In this document: positions 41,271 through 53,476 of the stretch, one piece after another
How positions within the stretch are numbered: position 1 is the first letter of the stretch
Layout of the letters: every line of letters starts with the position of its first letter
Assembly (NCBI GenBank): GCA_965262915.1
Contig: OZ253564.1
Coordinates: 2,816,001 to 2,880,000, forward strand
DNA from: Candidatus Spongiisociaceae bacterium
Lineage (GTDB): Bacteria > Actinomycetota > Acidimicrobiia > Spongiisociales > Spongiisociaceae
Direction: 5' to 3'
Length of the DNA stretch: 64,000 nucleotides
The notes under the pieces: generated by a model
Seen by the model: only the letters and a program-made list of their open reading frames with translations
What the model was told of the DNA's origin: nothing
Databases searched by the model: none
Translations under genes and position numbers: made by a program

Positions 41271-42821
41271 ATGCCTACTACTGCTGAGGAGTACCTCCAG
41301 CCGCTCCTCCCAGGCCTGGTGCCAGTACCGGCGGTCCAACCTGGCGTATGCCCCATCTGCCGGACCGCAGCCAACGACGGCTACGACGACTGCTACCACT
41401 GCGCCGGCCAAACCGTGTCCGTAGTCCCGATCTCGCTGTCGATCCACAGTGAGCTCCTTCACCACCATCTCAGGCACTACAAGGACAACCCGCACGCCGA
41501 CGTTCGTCAGAAACTCACCATCCGCCTTGCCGCACTGATCGAGTTGTTTCTCCGCCACCACCTCGACTCATGTCTCGGTGGCCCCGTACACCGAGTCGCT
41601 ACCGTTCCCTCGCAACACCGCGATGCCCCATGGGGAATCATCCGCTGGCTCGCCCGCTTCGCCGGACAAACCAACCCACTCACCTACCAGCCAGAGCACA
41701 GGTTCGTTGCCACCGCCAACCTCCAAGACCAGCGGGTCCTACTAGGGCGTGTTCACGTTTCTGAGCGTGTCGTGTATGAGCGCGAGGGTGATGAATGCTA
41801 GGAACATCACGTCGAGTTTGTCGTAGCGGGTGAAGACACGCCGGTAGCCTTTGAGCCGTCGGAAGAGCCGTTCGACCTCGTTCCGTCGCTTGTATATCGG
41901 ACGGTTGTAGTCCCACGGGTGGCGGCGGTTGCTTCGGGGTGGGATGACCGGCGTGTAGCCCAGAGCGACGGCCAGTTGCCGTGTTTCGTCCCCTTCATAG
42001 GCGCGGTCCGCTACCAGGAACAGCTCTAGCTGCTCCCCTTCCTGCTCCTTTTTTCGTGGGCCCATCTTTTTGAGGAGCTCCCGCCCATGGGGAGCATCAT
42101 GGTCCTGACCTGGGGAAAGAGCGAATAAGACGGCGCTACAAGCGCTGGCCGCGACCTGTGGATCTTGGTGTTCAACCCTCCCCGGGAGCGACCGATGGCC
42201 TGGGGACCCCGCTTTCGGAGAGCACCACAGCCGTCGGGATGAACCTTGACCGACGTGCTGTCCAGGCCCAGAACTTCGAGGTCGATGAGCTGTTCCTGCT
42301 GTAGACGCTGGAACACCCGGTCCAAGACGCCGCTGGCCGCCCAGCGGCTCATCCGCATGTAAACGGTGTGCCAGTTCCCGAACCGTTCGGGAAGCGCCCG
42401 CCATTTGCAGCCGTGCTCCAGTACGTACAGGATGCCGTTGAGGGCTTGGAGGTTGGATACCTTGACGGTACCGCGGGGTTTCGGGAACACGTCTACTATG
42501 AGTTGGTATTGTTCTTGTGTTATTGTCATATCGTAATGATATCACATCAGTGTAACTTTAGGTGAACACGCCCTAGTAGACGACACCTTCACCTCCGGCC
42601 AGAGCCTCTTAGCCGCTCACCAGGCACTCACCGACGCCGGAGCCGAAGTTGCAGGACCTCTTGTGATCGGCCGCCACGTCCGACCCGACTGGCCACCAAG
42701 CGCAGAACTACTCCAACGCCTCAAATCCATGCAGTGGACTGTGACAAGATGCTGCCGCTGCGCAGGCGTCGTCTGCGACCCACCCCTACGCGACAAGCCA
42801 ACATCACTATTCGGCAACTGA
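41271..42821 (+). pseudogene. ComF-like phosphoribosyltransferase interrupted by an IS5-family element
   Basis: CPIC..CYHC N-terminus; removing the IS restores VLLVDDTFTSG and an open frame to TGA at 42821. Confidence 0.88.
41745..42573 (-). mobile_element. IS5-family element with a frameshifted transposase
   Basis: TIRs GGGCGTGTTCAC / GTGAACACGCCC; TA (or CTAG) duplication; GCKWRALPERFGNW, LDSTSVK, ADRAY and YKRRNEVERLF motifs; frameshift after NTKIH. Confidence 0.92.
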
Positions 42822-42930
42822 CACCGGCGAAAAGACCCACGACGTTGACACCCCACCGCCCTGGGATCGTTCCGTGTCCGTCGCTGGCTTCGGGTGGCGG
42901 GCGACGTACCACGGGTCCGGCGGGGACTAG

Positions 42931-43218
42931 CCCGCTGCTTTGCCCAACCCAACCACTGCCCCAGACGACGCCAAAGGTGTGTGCGGCGACCCGCCTCAAC
43001 CTGTACCGCGGACGCTGACTCGACGAACAACTCAAGGGTCGAACCCAACACAGCGACCACAGCTCCCCGACCGGACCAGTACCAGCCCCGAACCCGGCTA
43101 CCGAACCCAGACAGACGATTCCGGTCACCACTCCAGAACCCCGGATCATCGACCAGGCACAACTCGAAGCCGCCCTAGCCCGCCTACCCGCACCCCTAGC
43201 AGCCCAACTCGCCCGCCT
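42931..43218 (+). repeat. About 290-bp imperfect direct repeat, copy 2
   Basis: Homologous to 39811-40098. Confidence 0.85.
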
Positions 43219-43700
43219 TACCACCGCCCGCAAGGCGTTGGGCTAGCAATGCGACCGACGTCGTCATCGCACCAGCCCCCGAAACACCACGACCACGACG
43301 CAGGTCGACGGGGGACCTAGATCGCCGGGCCGAACGACCGGCCTGACCACCGGGGTCTGATATCCCGATGCTCTCAGTTCCGCCTTCCCGCATAGCCGGC
43401 CACCTCTTCCCCATAACCAGTACCTGAACCTCATTGACCCGGCTGCGTTCGGTGTGCTACACCAACTGAGCCCTCCACGGACAGCGTAACCAACACCAGA
43501 GGCTTCGCCCCGCGCCGAAGGCGCATGCGGTACCCACACGTTCAAAGTGGGCAGCGGACGGCGAATGTATCAGCCCCGAACCCAGGCGGCCGATTCCAGT
43601 CACGACTCCCGGGAGGACTGGGTCGAGCCAGGGGGTCGCGTGGAGCGGCCCGCCGTTTTGGGCGGGCCGCTCGTGCTGGTAGATGTGGTGGTCTGGGGGG

Positions 43701-45359
<1,659 letters not shown>

Positions 45360-45382
45360 CTAATCCTGTCCTACAGCAACCG

Positions 45383-45673
45383 TCAACCGACGATCGCCAA
45401 CAGGTCGCGGGACGAGAGGATCAGATACTCATCGCCTTCATGTTTCAATTCGGTGCCTCCGAACTTGGAGTAGACGACCACATCACCCTCGGATACATCG
45501 AGGGGGATCCGCTCTCCGTCATCACTCAGATCACCAGGCCCCACAGCCATAATCGTTCCGGTCTGTGGTTTTTCCTTGGCCGTGTCGGGGATTACCAGTC
45601 CCGACGACGTGCGCTGCTCGTCATCCTCGTTGGGCCTGACGATCACACGGCCGCCGAGTGGCTTCAGATTCAT
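45383..45673 (-). CDS. groS: Co-chaperonin GroES
   Basis: [24 protein letters not shown] and SKFGGTE motifs. Confidence 0.99.
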   Translation of the reverse strand: MNLKPLGGRVIVRPNEDDEQRTSSGLVIPDTAKEKPQTGTIMAVGPGDLSDDGERIPLDVSEGDVVVYSKFGGTELKHEGDEYLILSSRDLLAIVG

Positions 45674-45767
45674 CCGAAGTCCTCCTTAAACAGGTGAATA
45701 TGCGTACAAAGCGCCAACCGCCCGATCGGGCATCACCAGAAACCAGTAGTCTCCCACGGCACCTGGA

Positions 45768-45794
45768 TTGGCACTCGTACCTTACGAGTGCCAA
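45768..45794. promoter_or_regulatory. CIRCE element (HrcA operator)
   Basis: TTGGCACTC-N9-GAGTGCCAA upstream of groES. Confidence 0.95.
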
Positions 45795-45915
45795 ACTAGC
45801 AGACCCTCCCGAAGACTGCTAGTCCAGTAGTCGGTCGCCAATGGTGGCCAACTCGATATCAAACCCGAGATAACCCCGCAACTGGTGGATGTCCCCACCT
45901 ACCGGCGCATCCTCT

Positions 45916-45946
45916 TATTGCACATATGGGACGGATATGTGCAATA
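45916..45946 (+). repeat. lox-like palindrome, copy 1
   Basis: TATTGCACATAT-GGGACGG-ATATGTGCAATA, identical to 49009-49039. Confidence 0.88.
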
Positions 45947-46246
45947 CCCGACATGTCCGAAACACTGTGACCAGGCGGTTCGTGTCCGATCCCACGATAG
46001 TTGGCGAATTCTCACGGACGTGGCGAACCTTCTCATCTAGTCGGCGAATGAGCCTTCGGTGTTCACCGCGACACGCCGGTCTTCTACCATTCGCTGGAAT
46101 TCTCCCGTGATATGGGAACGGTGCCGTGTCCTGGGGTTCTGAGGTCAATCCTTTCTCCCGCTACCTACCCGACGGGTGTTAGCGGTCTCGTCTCCGATAC
46201 CGTGGCAACCTCCACCGCAGACCTGCGTGACGGATGCGGCGGTGAC

Positions 46247-46927
46247 TCACATGTGTTCGATATAGCTTGCTGCGACGTGTTCGGGTGGGTTGGTGTAGCG
46301 GGCGATGTAGCGCTGTGATCGGTGACCGAGGCGTCGTTGGGGTTCGGTGTGTTCAGCGTCGTGGAGCCGGCCGATCCGTTCGAGGATGGTGTTGATGCTA
46401 CGTCCGGAGAGGCGCCCGTCCGGGCGGCGGCTGCTCACCGATGCGGCGGATAGGAAAAATGCGGTGGACTTGGGGGTGGTGTCGGCCGGTCGTTCCTCCT
46501 CCAGGTAGTCGGCGAGGGCGTGGCGGGCGTCGACGGAGAGGAAGACTGTGCGCTGAGTTTTTCCTTTGCCCCGAACACCCACGACCCGGGCGCGGCGGGC
46601 GGCACGCAGTTGCGCTGGTCGGGACGGTTGAACCTGGTCGAGGTCAAGCAGCACAAGTTCGAGGCGTCGGAGTCCGGTGGACAACAGCACGAACACGATT
46701 GCACGATCTTGGACGGGTCGGCTGTGGCCATGCAGCCGAGGCGGATCCCCTCTCCCCCGCCGCCGGCCCTTACGTTGGCTGTATCTTTCCAGCCGATCGC
46801 ATAGGTTCTTGAGTGATCTCACCTGTCCCGGGGCGAGGCTGCGCGGTTCCAACGGTGGTAGCGGCAACGCAGAGACACCGGTGGAGGGGTTTCCGGTCGC
46901 GAACAGCCCGGGCTCTTGTGCGCTCAC
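46247..46927 (-). pseudogene. Tyrosine recombinase, internally deleted
   Basis: LSTGLRRLEL, GKGKTQRTV and LGHRSQRYIARY present; the HxxR box and the N-terminal domain are missing. Confidence 0.8.
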
Positions 46928-47992
46928 CCAGGTGGTACCAGGCTACCGGTTGCCTTCACAGAAGGGGCATTCCGTGAAGGCACCGGCTGCCGAAGCAGCG
47001 ACGTGTCGTCCCCAGCTTCAGCAGCAACACCCCCGGCCTCGGGACGGTTGACCGCCGCCAACCAAGTCGCTGTCCGAACCCGTCGCCGGAGCAACCGACG
47101 AGACCGCACCCGGCCACTTCTCGTACCGCCTCGTACATCGCGACGCTACCCCGGTCGGGCACGAGACCGCCTGGTGGAAGTCGTTCCGATCTACCGCCGC
47201 AGCGCCAGGGTTGTTAGGGCTGTTGGAATCCGTGGTCTAGTGGCCGTTGTCCGGTTCGGTTTCGGCGTTTGGTGGCTGGGGTGGGGGGGATGTTTATGAC
47301 CGGCGCGTAAGGAATCTTTTGGTGCGCGCCCTTCGGGCGACGCCCCGAGGAGAAGAATCACCACGAAACGGCGGGTGGTGGGACGTGGCCCACCCACCCG
47401 GCGTCGGCGGAGGTGGACTCCGGAGAGGCGCAACTACGAAAACCGGGGCTACTTCGGGGTCTTGGGCGGGACCTGAGGTGGGCTTGGTGGGGTCGGAGCT
47501 GGCTCGGCGGTGGGGTTGGCATGTCGCCGGAGCAGGCCGCTCTCGAGGTCGACCGGGTGATACGGCTGGGACGGCCGGTACGGAACCGCCGAGGCCTCGC
47601 CACCCGCCACTGGATCATCCTAGACAACAGCACCAGCCAGGCACTCACCGGAGACCCGCTCCCACGATCGGCCCTGGTCTCCGTAACCAGGTAACCAGCC
47701 GAACAGTTCGTGGTACACAAGCCGTAGCCAGTATCCTCGCGTTTGGGACAGGTTGGGTAGCCGCCCAAATGGGAGGCACACCCCGGGAGAGACAACCCGG
47801 CCAACGACCTACCAGACGCTACAACCCCACAGCCACAGCGACCAACTCCCACATAACGAGCAGGTCGACGGTTCATTTCCGTTTTTCTGCAACTTTTCTG
47901 TTTTGGGTGCGTCTTGTGGGTGGAAGTATTAGTGGGCGGGGCCGAGCGAAGCGTTTGGTGTTCCGTCCTAGGGAGATTCGAGGAGGTACGAG

Positions 47993-48652
47993 TTGATGTC
48001 AGATCTTATTGATGGCCTGTCGGACGGTCTACAGAACGCGGGGGAGACGATCCTGTCTTTTTTGCCGCGTCTGATAGGAGCTTTGGTCATCCTGGTGGTC
48101 GGGTGGCTGGTCGCCCGGTTGGTACATCGGGCGGTCAAACGTCTGCTGAAAGCGGTAGGCCTCGACGGTTTGTTGGAACGGGCCGGGCTTGGTGAGCGGC
48201 TGCAGGCGGTGGGCCATACGGCTACCGACCTTGTTGCGCGGGCGATCTATTGGATCGCGTTGTTGGTGGTGTTCCTGCTCACGGCCGAAGCGTTGGATGT
48301 GGAGTATCTCAGCAGTATCTTGACGGGGCTGATCGGGTATCTACCGTTGGTGGTGGTGGCCATTGTCATCGTCATCGTCGCAGCGGCGGTTGGTGCATTC
48401 CTCGCTGAGGTGTCAACGCCTTGGTCTCAGGAGCGCCATATCCGGTGGCTGCCCACAACGGCGCGGTGGATGGTCATCGGGTTCGGTGTGTTCGCTGCTC
48501 TGAACACGTTGAAGATCGCCGAGGAGATCGTCAACACCCTGTTCATCGCTGTGGTAGGGACAGTCGGAGCGATCCTGGTTATCGCTTTCGGGGTTGGGGG
48601 CATCTCCGCGGCGAAGGAATGGTGGGCCAGCGTCCTACCCGACCGCGACTGA
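47993..48652 (+). CDS. Mechanosensitive-channel TM-helix family membrane protein
   Basis: Two repeats of (F/Y)LPxL..A.VI; AFGVGG near the C-terminus; GAGGAGG RBS. Confidence 0.8.
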   Translation: MMSDLIDGLSDGLQNAGETILSFLPRLIGALVILVVGWLVARLVHRAVKRLLKAVGLDGLLERAGLGERLQAVGHTATDLVARAIYWIALLVVFLLTAEALDVEYLSSILTGLIGYLPLVVVAIVIVIVAAAVGAFLAEVSTPWSQERHIRWLPTTARWMVIGFGVFAALNTLKIAEEIVNTLFIAVVGTVGAILVIAFGVGGISAAKEWWASVLPDRD

Positions 48653-49008
48653 CCAAAGGTCTCGACGTGGCCTGACCGACCGTCCCCGGTTCCTGCTCGG
48701 CCGGCCGGTCAGGCCACTAAGGAAAGTTACGCCCCCGGGGATTCTTCGTAACTTTCCCACCTGCTTGTGCGTCCCCCTACTGAAACGTAGAAAGAGGGGC
48801 AGAGGCAAAGAGCGTCCCGTCCACTCGACATTTGAGGAGGTAACCGATGGTGATCGCAGTGAACCGCGAGTGGTTGTTCGCGATCCCAGCGACAGCCGCG
48901 TAGCTCGCAGACGAACGGGTCCTCCAGCTCTTGGAAAACGTGTTCGACAGGCTCGGGTAGTACACCGCGCTTCAACGGACCGGAACGGGACCTGCCCGAA
49001 GTGTCCGG

Positions 49009-49039
49009 TATTGCACATATGGGACGGATATGTGCAATA
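49009..49039 (+). repeat. lox-like palindrome, copy 2
   Basis: Identical to 45916-45946. Confidence 0.88.
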
Positions 49040-49091
49040 ACCGTCCCGGACGGTAGGCGGCTGGGGGTGGTTGTCGTCGGGCTGCTGGGGG

Positions 49092-50336
49092 TCAGGGGGT
49101 GGTGGGTTGGTTTTGGGTGGTGAGGGCTGTGTCGAGGCTGGCGATTAGGTGGGTGATGTCGGGTGCTTCGAAGACTCGGTATCTTTGTTTGCCGACGCTG
49201 CGTACTGTGAGGATGCCTACTTGGGTGAGCCGGTTGATGGCCTGGCCTGTTGTGACGGTGGATCGTCCGATGGTGGCGGCGGCTGTTGTGACGGTGAAGA
49301 CCGGTCGGGCGGGTAACAGGCCCACGAGCAGGTCAGCGGCTGATCCACGCCGGATGGGTGCGGCCCGGGCGCGGAGGTCTGCTTCTAGTGCGGAGACAGC
49401 ATCGAGGTAGCGTTGCGCTTCGTGGCAGGCGTCGTAGGTGGCCTCGAGGAACACTCCTAGCCATTGTTCGGCAGCCTGGTCTCGGCCCGGGTCGGTGGGG
49501 GCACCTTCGTGCCGGTAGGCGGTGAGTCCGTCAAAGTAGACGTTGGGAGACCGGGCGAGGGCGGCGCTGATGGGCGGCACGAACGCGGGAGCGAGATTCC
49601 GCTGGTGTAGCACGGCGTGGATTAGTGCCCGCCCGACGCGTCCGTTGCCGTCGGCGAACGGGTGGATGGTCTCGAATTGGGCATGGGCGATACCGGCTTG
49701 GATCAGCGGTGGGATATCGGATCGGTTCATGTAGGCGACTAGGTCCGCCAACAGGTCGGGGACTTGTTCGGCGGGGGGTGGCACATAGGAAGCGCCCACT
49801 GGTGTGTATGCGTTTGCACCGATCCAGTTCTGCGTGTCGCGTACCCAGCCGCCTAGGTGTGGATGAGCAGAGGTGGCCATCAGCCGGGTGTGGACCTCCA
49901 GTAGGTCTGTGGTTCGGAGCGGTCCACCGCTGGTAGCGACGCGGATAGCGGTTTCCATCGCTTCGAGGTTCCCCAGCACCTCTGTCGCCGCCCGATCCGA
50001 CGACCTGCCCCCTTCCCGTTGTTCGGCCTCGGCGGTGAGGATCCTCCGAGCCGATGGGTTGATCGCTTCGATACGCGAAGACGCCATGGCCTCGACGCGC
50101 AGCAGCACATGAGCGAACGTGTCCAAAGGATGGGGGCTGCCGGCGGCGTGTCGGGTGTTCAGCGCCCGAACCGCGGCGGAGGCGTCACCAGCTGTGGCTA
50201 CCACATCGAGGGACAGACGCGGTGTCCACCCACCAAGGGGGTCTGGCACATACGCCTGGTAACGGCCGCCCCGCCGCTCTCTCGCTGCTGGCGCGTCCAG
50301 ACGTGGCTGCCAGTACCCCGAGACGTATCGGCCCAT
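49092..50336 (-). CDS. Fic-family protein
   Basis: HPFADGNGRVGR motif, inhibitory SSRIEA motif and a C-terminal wHTH-like region. Confidence 0.93.
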   Translation of the reverse strand: MGRYVSGYWQPRLDAPAARERRGGRYQAYVPDPLGGWTPRLSLDVVATAGDASAAVRALNTRHAAGSPHPLDTFAHVLLRVEAMASSRIEAINPSARRILTAEAEQREGGRSSDRAATEVLGNLEAMETAIRVATSGGPLRTTDLLEVHTRLMATSAHPHLGGWVRDTQNWIGANAYTPVGASYVPPPAEQVPDLLADLVAYMNRSDIPPLIQAGIAHAQFETIHPFADGNGRVGRALIHAVLHQRNLAPAFVPPISAALARSPNVYFDGLTAYRHEGAPTDPGRDQAAEQWLGVFLEATYDACHEAQRYLDAVSALEADLRARAAPIRRGSAADLLVGLLPARPVFTVTTAAATIGRSTVTTGQAINRLTQVGILTVRSVGKQRYRVFEAPDITHLIASLDTALTTQNQPTTP

Positions 50337-50340
50337 AACC

Positions 50341-51699
50341 CTAACCCCCAACCAACCTAACCAAACTGACGAACACTAACCCTAGCTTAGAACCTTTTGG
50401 GGGGTGGGTAAGGCAGAAGCGGCCAGGGTGGGTGGATGTGGATGTGTTGGCGGGTCGGGGGGTGGGGTGGTTGCCGTGGGCGGCGTCGGACAGCTCGCAT
50501 CGTTTGTACCCGAACGGGACCTGCCCGAAGTGTCCGGGTATTGCAGGTATGGGGGCGTTATCTGCCGTCGTAACCCGTCGGAGGTCTGGGAGGGCCGTGT
50601 TGAGGACGGCCGCTGCATCGAAGATACCGGTCTCATGGCGGGCGAAGCGCTCGTAGGCGTCCTTGTCGAGGATCCGGAGCACGACTAGAGCAACAGCGGA
50701 GCCTACCCATAGGTCATTGTCAGGCAGCGACGACAGCACCACGGCCGCTAGATGGGTCGCTTGCTCCAGGTCACGCAGACTGCATTCGGGGTGTTCCACT
50801 ACCAGGTGCATCATCTGGCGGATCCATCCGTTGGTCGGTCCGAAACGGGCGGCGAGTCCAGTAGCGTCCAGTAGCCCATCGAGGAACGTTGTGATGTCCG
50901 GTTGGGCTGGTACCGGAAGGCCAACATGCAGATCAGCGAAGCGTCGCAGATACCTGTCGGCGCCAAACTCCTCACCGTAGAGCGACCCCACAGCACAGCG
51001 CAGCTGGTCTCGGTTGATCGCCAAGACAACCACAACTCCGTCAACTGAGAACAGGTGCCTGACCACCTCCAAAAGATCGAGGGCATACGCCGGTCGGCAT
51101 CTATCCAACTCATCCACGAACACGACTAGGGGACGGTCCTCGGCTGTGGCGGCCCCCAGCGCCTTGGTGAAGGCGTCGATGGCCGTCTTAGCAGCGTCCC
51201 ACGAACCCAGCATCGAGGGGCCGCTACCCAGCATCTCCCGGTCGATGATCCCTTTCGTGAGTACCTTGGCGAGATGCCACGCTACAGCGTCGGCATTTCG
51301 CCTCAAGGTGTCCCTGACGGGACCAGAGACACGAGCCGATATCGCGGCCACCAGATCGACCAGGGGCCTCTGGGTGTACTGCTGCCGCCACGCGTTGAAC
51401 TCGACCACCCGCACGTCTCGGGATTGAAGAAACGCCGAACACATCCTCACGAACGCGGTCTTGCCCGAACCCCACGGGGCGTCGAGTAACACAACAGCAG
51501 GACCTTCAATACCCGAAAGCACAGAACAGAAAGCCTCGACGTGGTGGCGCCGGCTCAGTTTGTCGTGCTTGAAGGGGTCCTTCGGGTCAGCCTCGAACTC
51601 GTTGGGGTGTAACCGCACGAACACCCAGGATACAAAGCGGCGGAAGCTGCGAAGGGTCCCGTCGAGGCGGAAGACGAGGACCGACCCGGCTGTGGCCAT
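50341..51699 (-). CDS. KAP-family P-loop NTPase; C-terminus probably truncated near 50550
   Basis: APWGSGKT, FNAW and VFVDELDRCRP motifs; the tail reads through a repeat and low-complexity DNA. Confidence 0.85.
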   Translation of the reverse strand: MATAGSVLVFRLDGTLRSFRRFVSWVFVRLHPNEFEADPKDPFKHDKLSRRHHVEAFCSVLSGIEGPAVVLLDAPWGSGKTAFVRMCSAFLQSRDVRVVEFNAWRQQYTQRPLVDLVAAISARVSGPVRDTLRRNADAVAWHLAKVLTKGIIDREMLGSGPSMLGSWDAAKTAIDAFTKALGAATAEDRPLVVFVDELDRCRPAYALDLLEVVRHLFSVDGVVVVLAINRDQLRCAVGSLYGEEFGADRYLRRFADLHVGLPVPAQPDITTFLDGLLDATGLAARFGPTNGWIRQMMHLVVEHPECSLRDLEQATHLAAVVLSSLPDNDLWVGSAVALVVLRILDKDAYERFARHETGIFDAAAVLNTALPDLRRVTTADNAPIPAIPGHFGQVPFGYKRCELSDAAHGNHPTPRPANTSTSTHPGRFCLTHPPKGSKLGLVFVSLVRLVGG

Positions 51700-51989
51700 T
51701 GACGCCGACGGACAGCTACACGCCGAATCCGGGGGTGTCCTGGTTATGGGCTCGGCGGCCGTTACCGGTGCTATCCATGCAAACTGACGCCCCGATCACA
51801 TCGTCGAGAACTAGTGGTTGGTTCCACGGTTTCCCAGGCACCTCATGAGCTTGCAGCGGAAGGGGGTGTAGGTGGTGGGGGTTTAGGAGGGGGAGCCGTG
51901 TTGGGGCTGGTGAGGGTGTGTGGGGTCGGTCGGGTTCTCTTGTTGGTGGGGTACGGAGGCCCGACGGGTCACCAGCCGCACCAGGATCC

Positions 51990-52119
51990 CCACAAAACAG
52001 AGACGGTCCGGGATGCGTGGTTATGGCATCGGAGTGGATGGTTGTCCTCACGGGACGGTATCAAAGCCTCGACCGCTGTCCAGACCACGTTTGCTACTTC
52101 GGGTTCGAGCGCGCGCATA
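51990..52119 (-). pseudogene. IS5-like transposase N-terminal remnant
   Basis: MRALEPEVANVVWTAVEALIP...HPLRCH, followed by a frameshift. Confidence 0.55.
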
Positions 52120-52274
52120 ATGGTGTCTCCACCAGTTGGGGTGAGTTTTTTGCACTCGGTATCAAACCCGAGGAACCTCCTCAACTGGTGGATTTCCCCA
52201 CCCGGGCACACACCCCACAGCCTCCCTACCCGCGCGCTGGCTGTCCTGAAACGCCCAGCCTGCCTAACTGCCCC

Positions 52275-52469
52275 CTGAGCCCCTCCCACGGAAGGGTCCT
52301 CCGTTGCCCACAGCGGGGAAGGGCCAGGCCAGACCCGGCCTCAGCCTCTGATGATTTTCGAGCCGCCAGTTTCGGGCGGAAACACCCCCGAACCCGACCC
52401 CCGAACCGTTAACCAACGCGACCCAAAAGCCCGGAAGCCGATTTGGGGGTTGGGAGAACCCGGCCACGA
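52275..52469 (-). repeat. att-like site D: second arm type plus core CAACGGA-GGACCCT-TCCGTGG (52286-52306)
   Basis: Inverted homologue of site C. Confidence 0.8.
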
Positions 52470-52595
52470 CCCATACAGCTTGGCCGTTCTAAGTTTGCAG
52501 CCCTCGGTCCGATTGTCTGGGTTCCCCTCGGGTAAGCGCCCATACCCGGTACGCTTAGGTTATCTATCCCACTGTGGGATTGTTGAGGAGGTATC

Positions 52596-52841
52596 ATGGC
52601 GAGTTACCGTTGGACTAGACGGGTAACTGTTATTGGCGGCGGTTTCCTAGCACTGCTAGTCCTGTTTGTCGCCGTTACCCGGATCCTGAACGTAGAAGTC
52701 GCCGGTGTGCAACCCGAGGCCTGGGCACTGACCGCCACCATGACTGCGCCGCTCACCCTTGGGACTCTGCTGGTAGCCATCTCGGTGACGGCAGTAGCCG
52801 AGAGATCACGACGCCACCGAACACCAAAACCGGTGCGATAG
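52596..52841 (+). CDS. Small two-TM membrane protein
   Basis: GAGGAGG RBS; two hydrophobic segments and a basic C-terminal tail. Confidence 0.7.
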   Translation: MASYRWTRRVTVIGGGFLALLVLFVAVTRILNVEVAGVQPEAWALTATMTAPLTLGTLLVAISVTAVAERSRRHRTPKPVR

Positions 52842-53328
52842 CAAACGCGTACCGTGAAACCCCCTATGACCAGTGCCCGCCCCCAACAAGGCCGCCCACC
52901 ACCCACATATCCCCCCGGCCGCCACTGCGCCACCGACAGCTGCACGGCGCGCCTATCCATCTACAACCCGACCGACCACTGCGGCCTCCACTCCCCCCTC
53001 AAACGGGACCGCCAACGCTGGTGAGACCATCGGGCGGGTAACCGCTGTCGGCGGCCGGTCGAGCCCCCCGAGTCCCTTTCGGAGGCCGAGAGTACGCCAG
53101 CAGATGGGCGGGGCCGTTACGTGGGGAGAAACAGCCCGAGGTTCCCAGGCCCACAACGCTGCTCTACCCGCGGGCTCACCGGATGCGGGACACCGACGAC
53201 GACCACTCCCGATCCGCCGCCGGCATGTCTTTACCCACCAGCACCCGCAGCGACACGACCAAAAGCCGACATTGGGTGACCACCATTAGGCCGCCCGTCG
53301 TCGAGACCACACCACCGACACAAGCCCC

Positions 53329-53349
53329 CAGCGGAAGGGTGGTCCGTTA
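53329..53349 (-). repeat. att-like core H: TAACGGA-CCACCCT-TCCGCTG
   Basis: Matches the core consensus; intergenic. Confidence 0.7.
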
Positions 53350-53476
53350 CCTGGTCGAGCAGGGCAAGAGGGTGGGGATTGGCGGATGTAGCCTCATCGG
53401 TGCCGCTGGTGACGCAAATGCCGCTGTTCTAGCGGGGCCAGGCTCCAGACACTCGCCGTTGGGGGAGTGATAGCAG

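Noticed and set aside
42100-42230. Programmed frameshift in the IS5 transposase
   Set aside because: No slippery A-run at the shift; it looks like a 1-bp deletion after NTKIH.
47405-47425. Possible additional att core CGGCGGA-GGTGGAC-TCCGGAG with GTGGGACGTG nearby; similar weak matches near 31815, 33486 and 51854
   Set aside because: Arms are degenerate and spacer polarity or arm spacing does not fit; could be chance in GC-rich DNA, so not counted.
50335-50395. CTAACC-like short repeats upstream of fic
   Set aside because: Irregular and low-complexity; may be promoter or operator DNA but not supportable as a defined feature.
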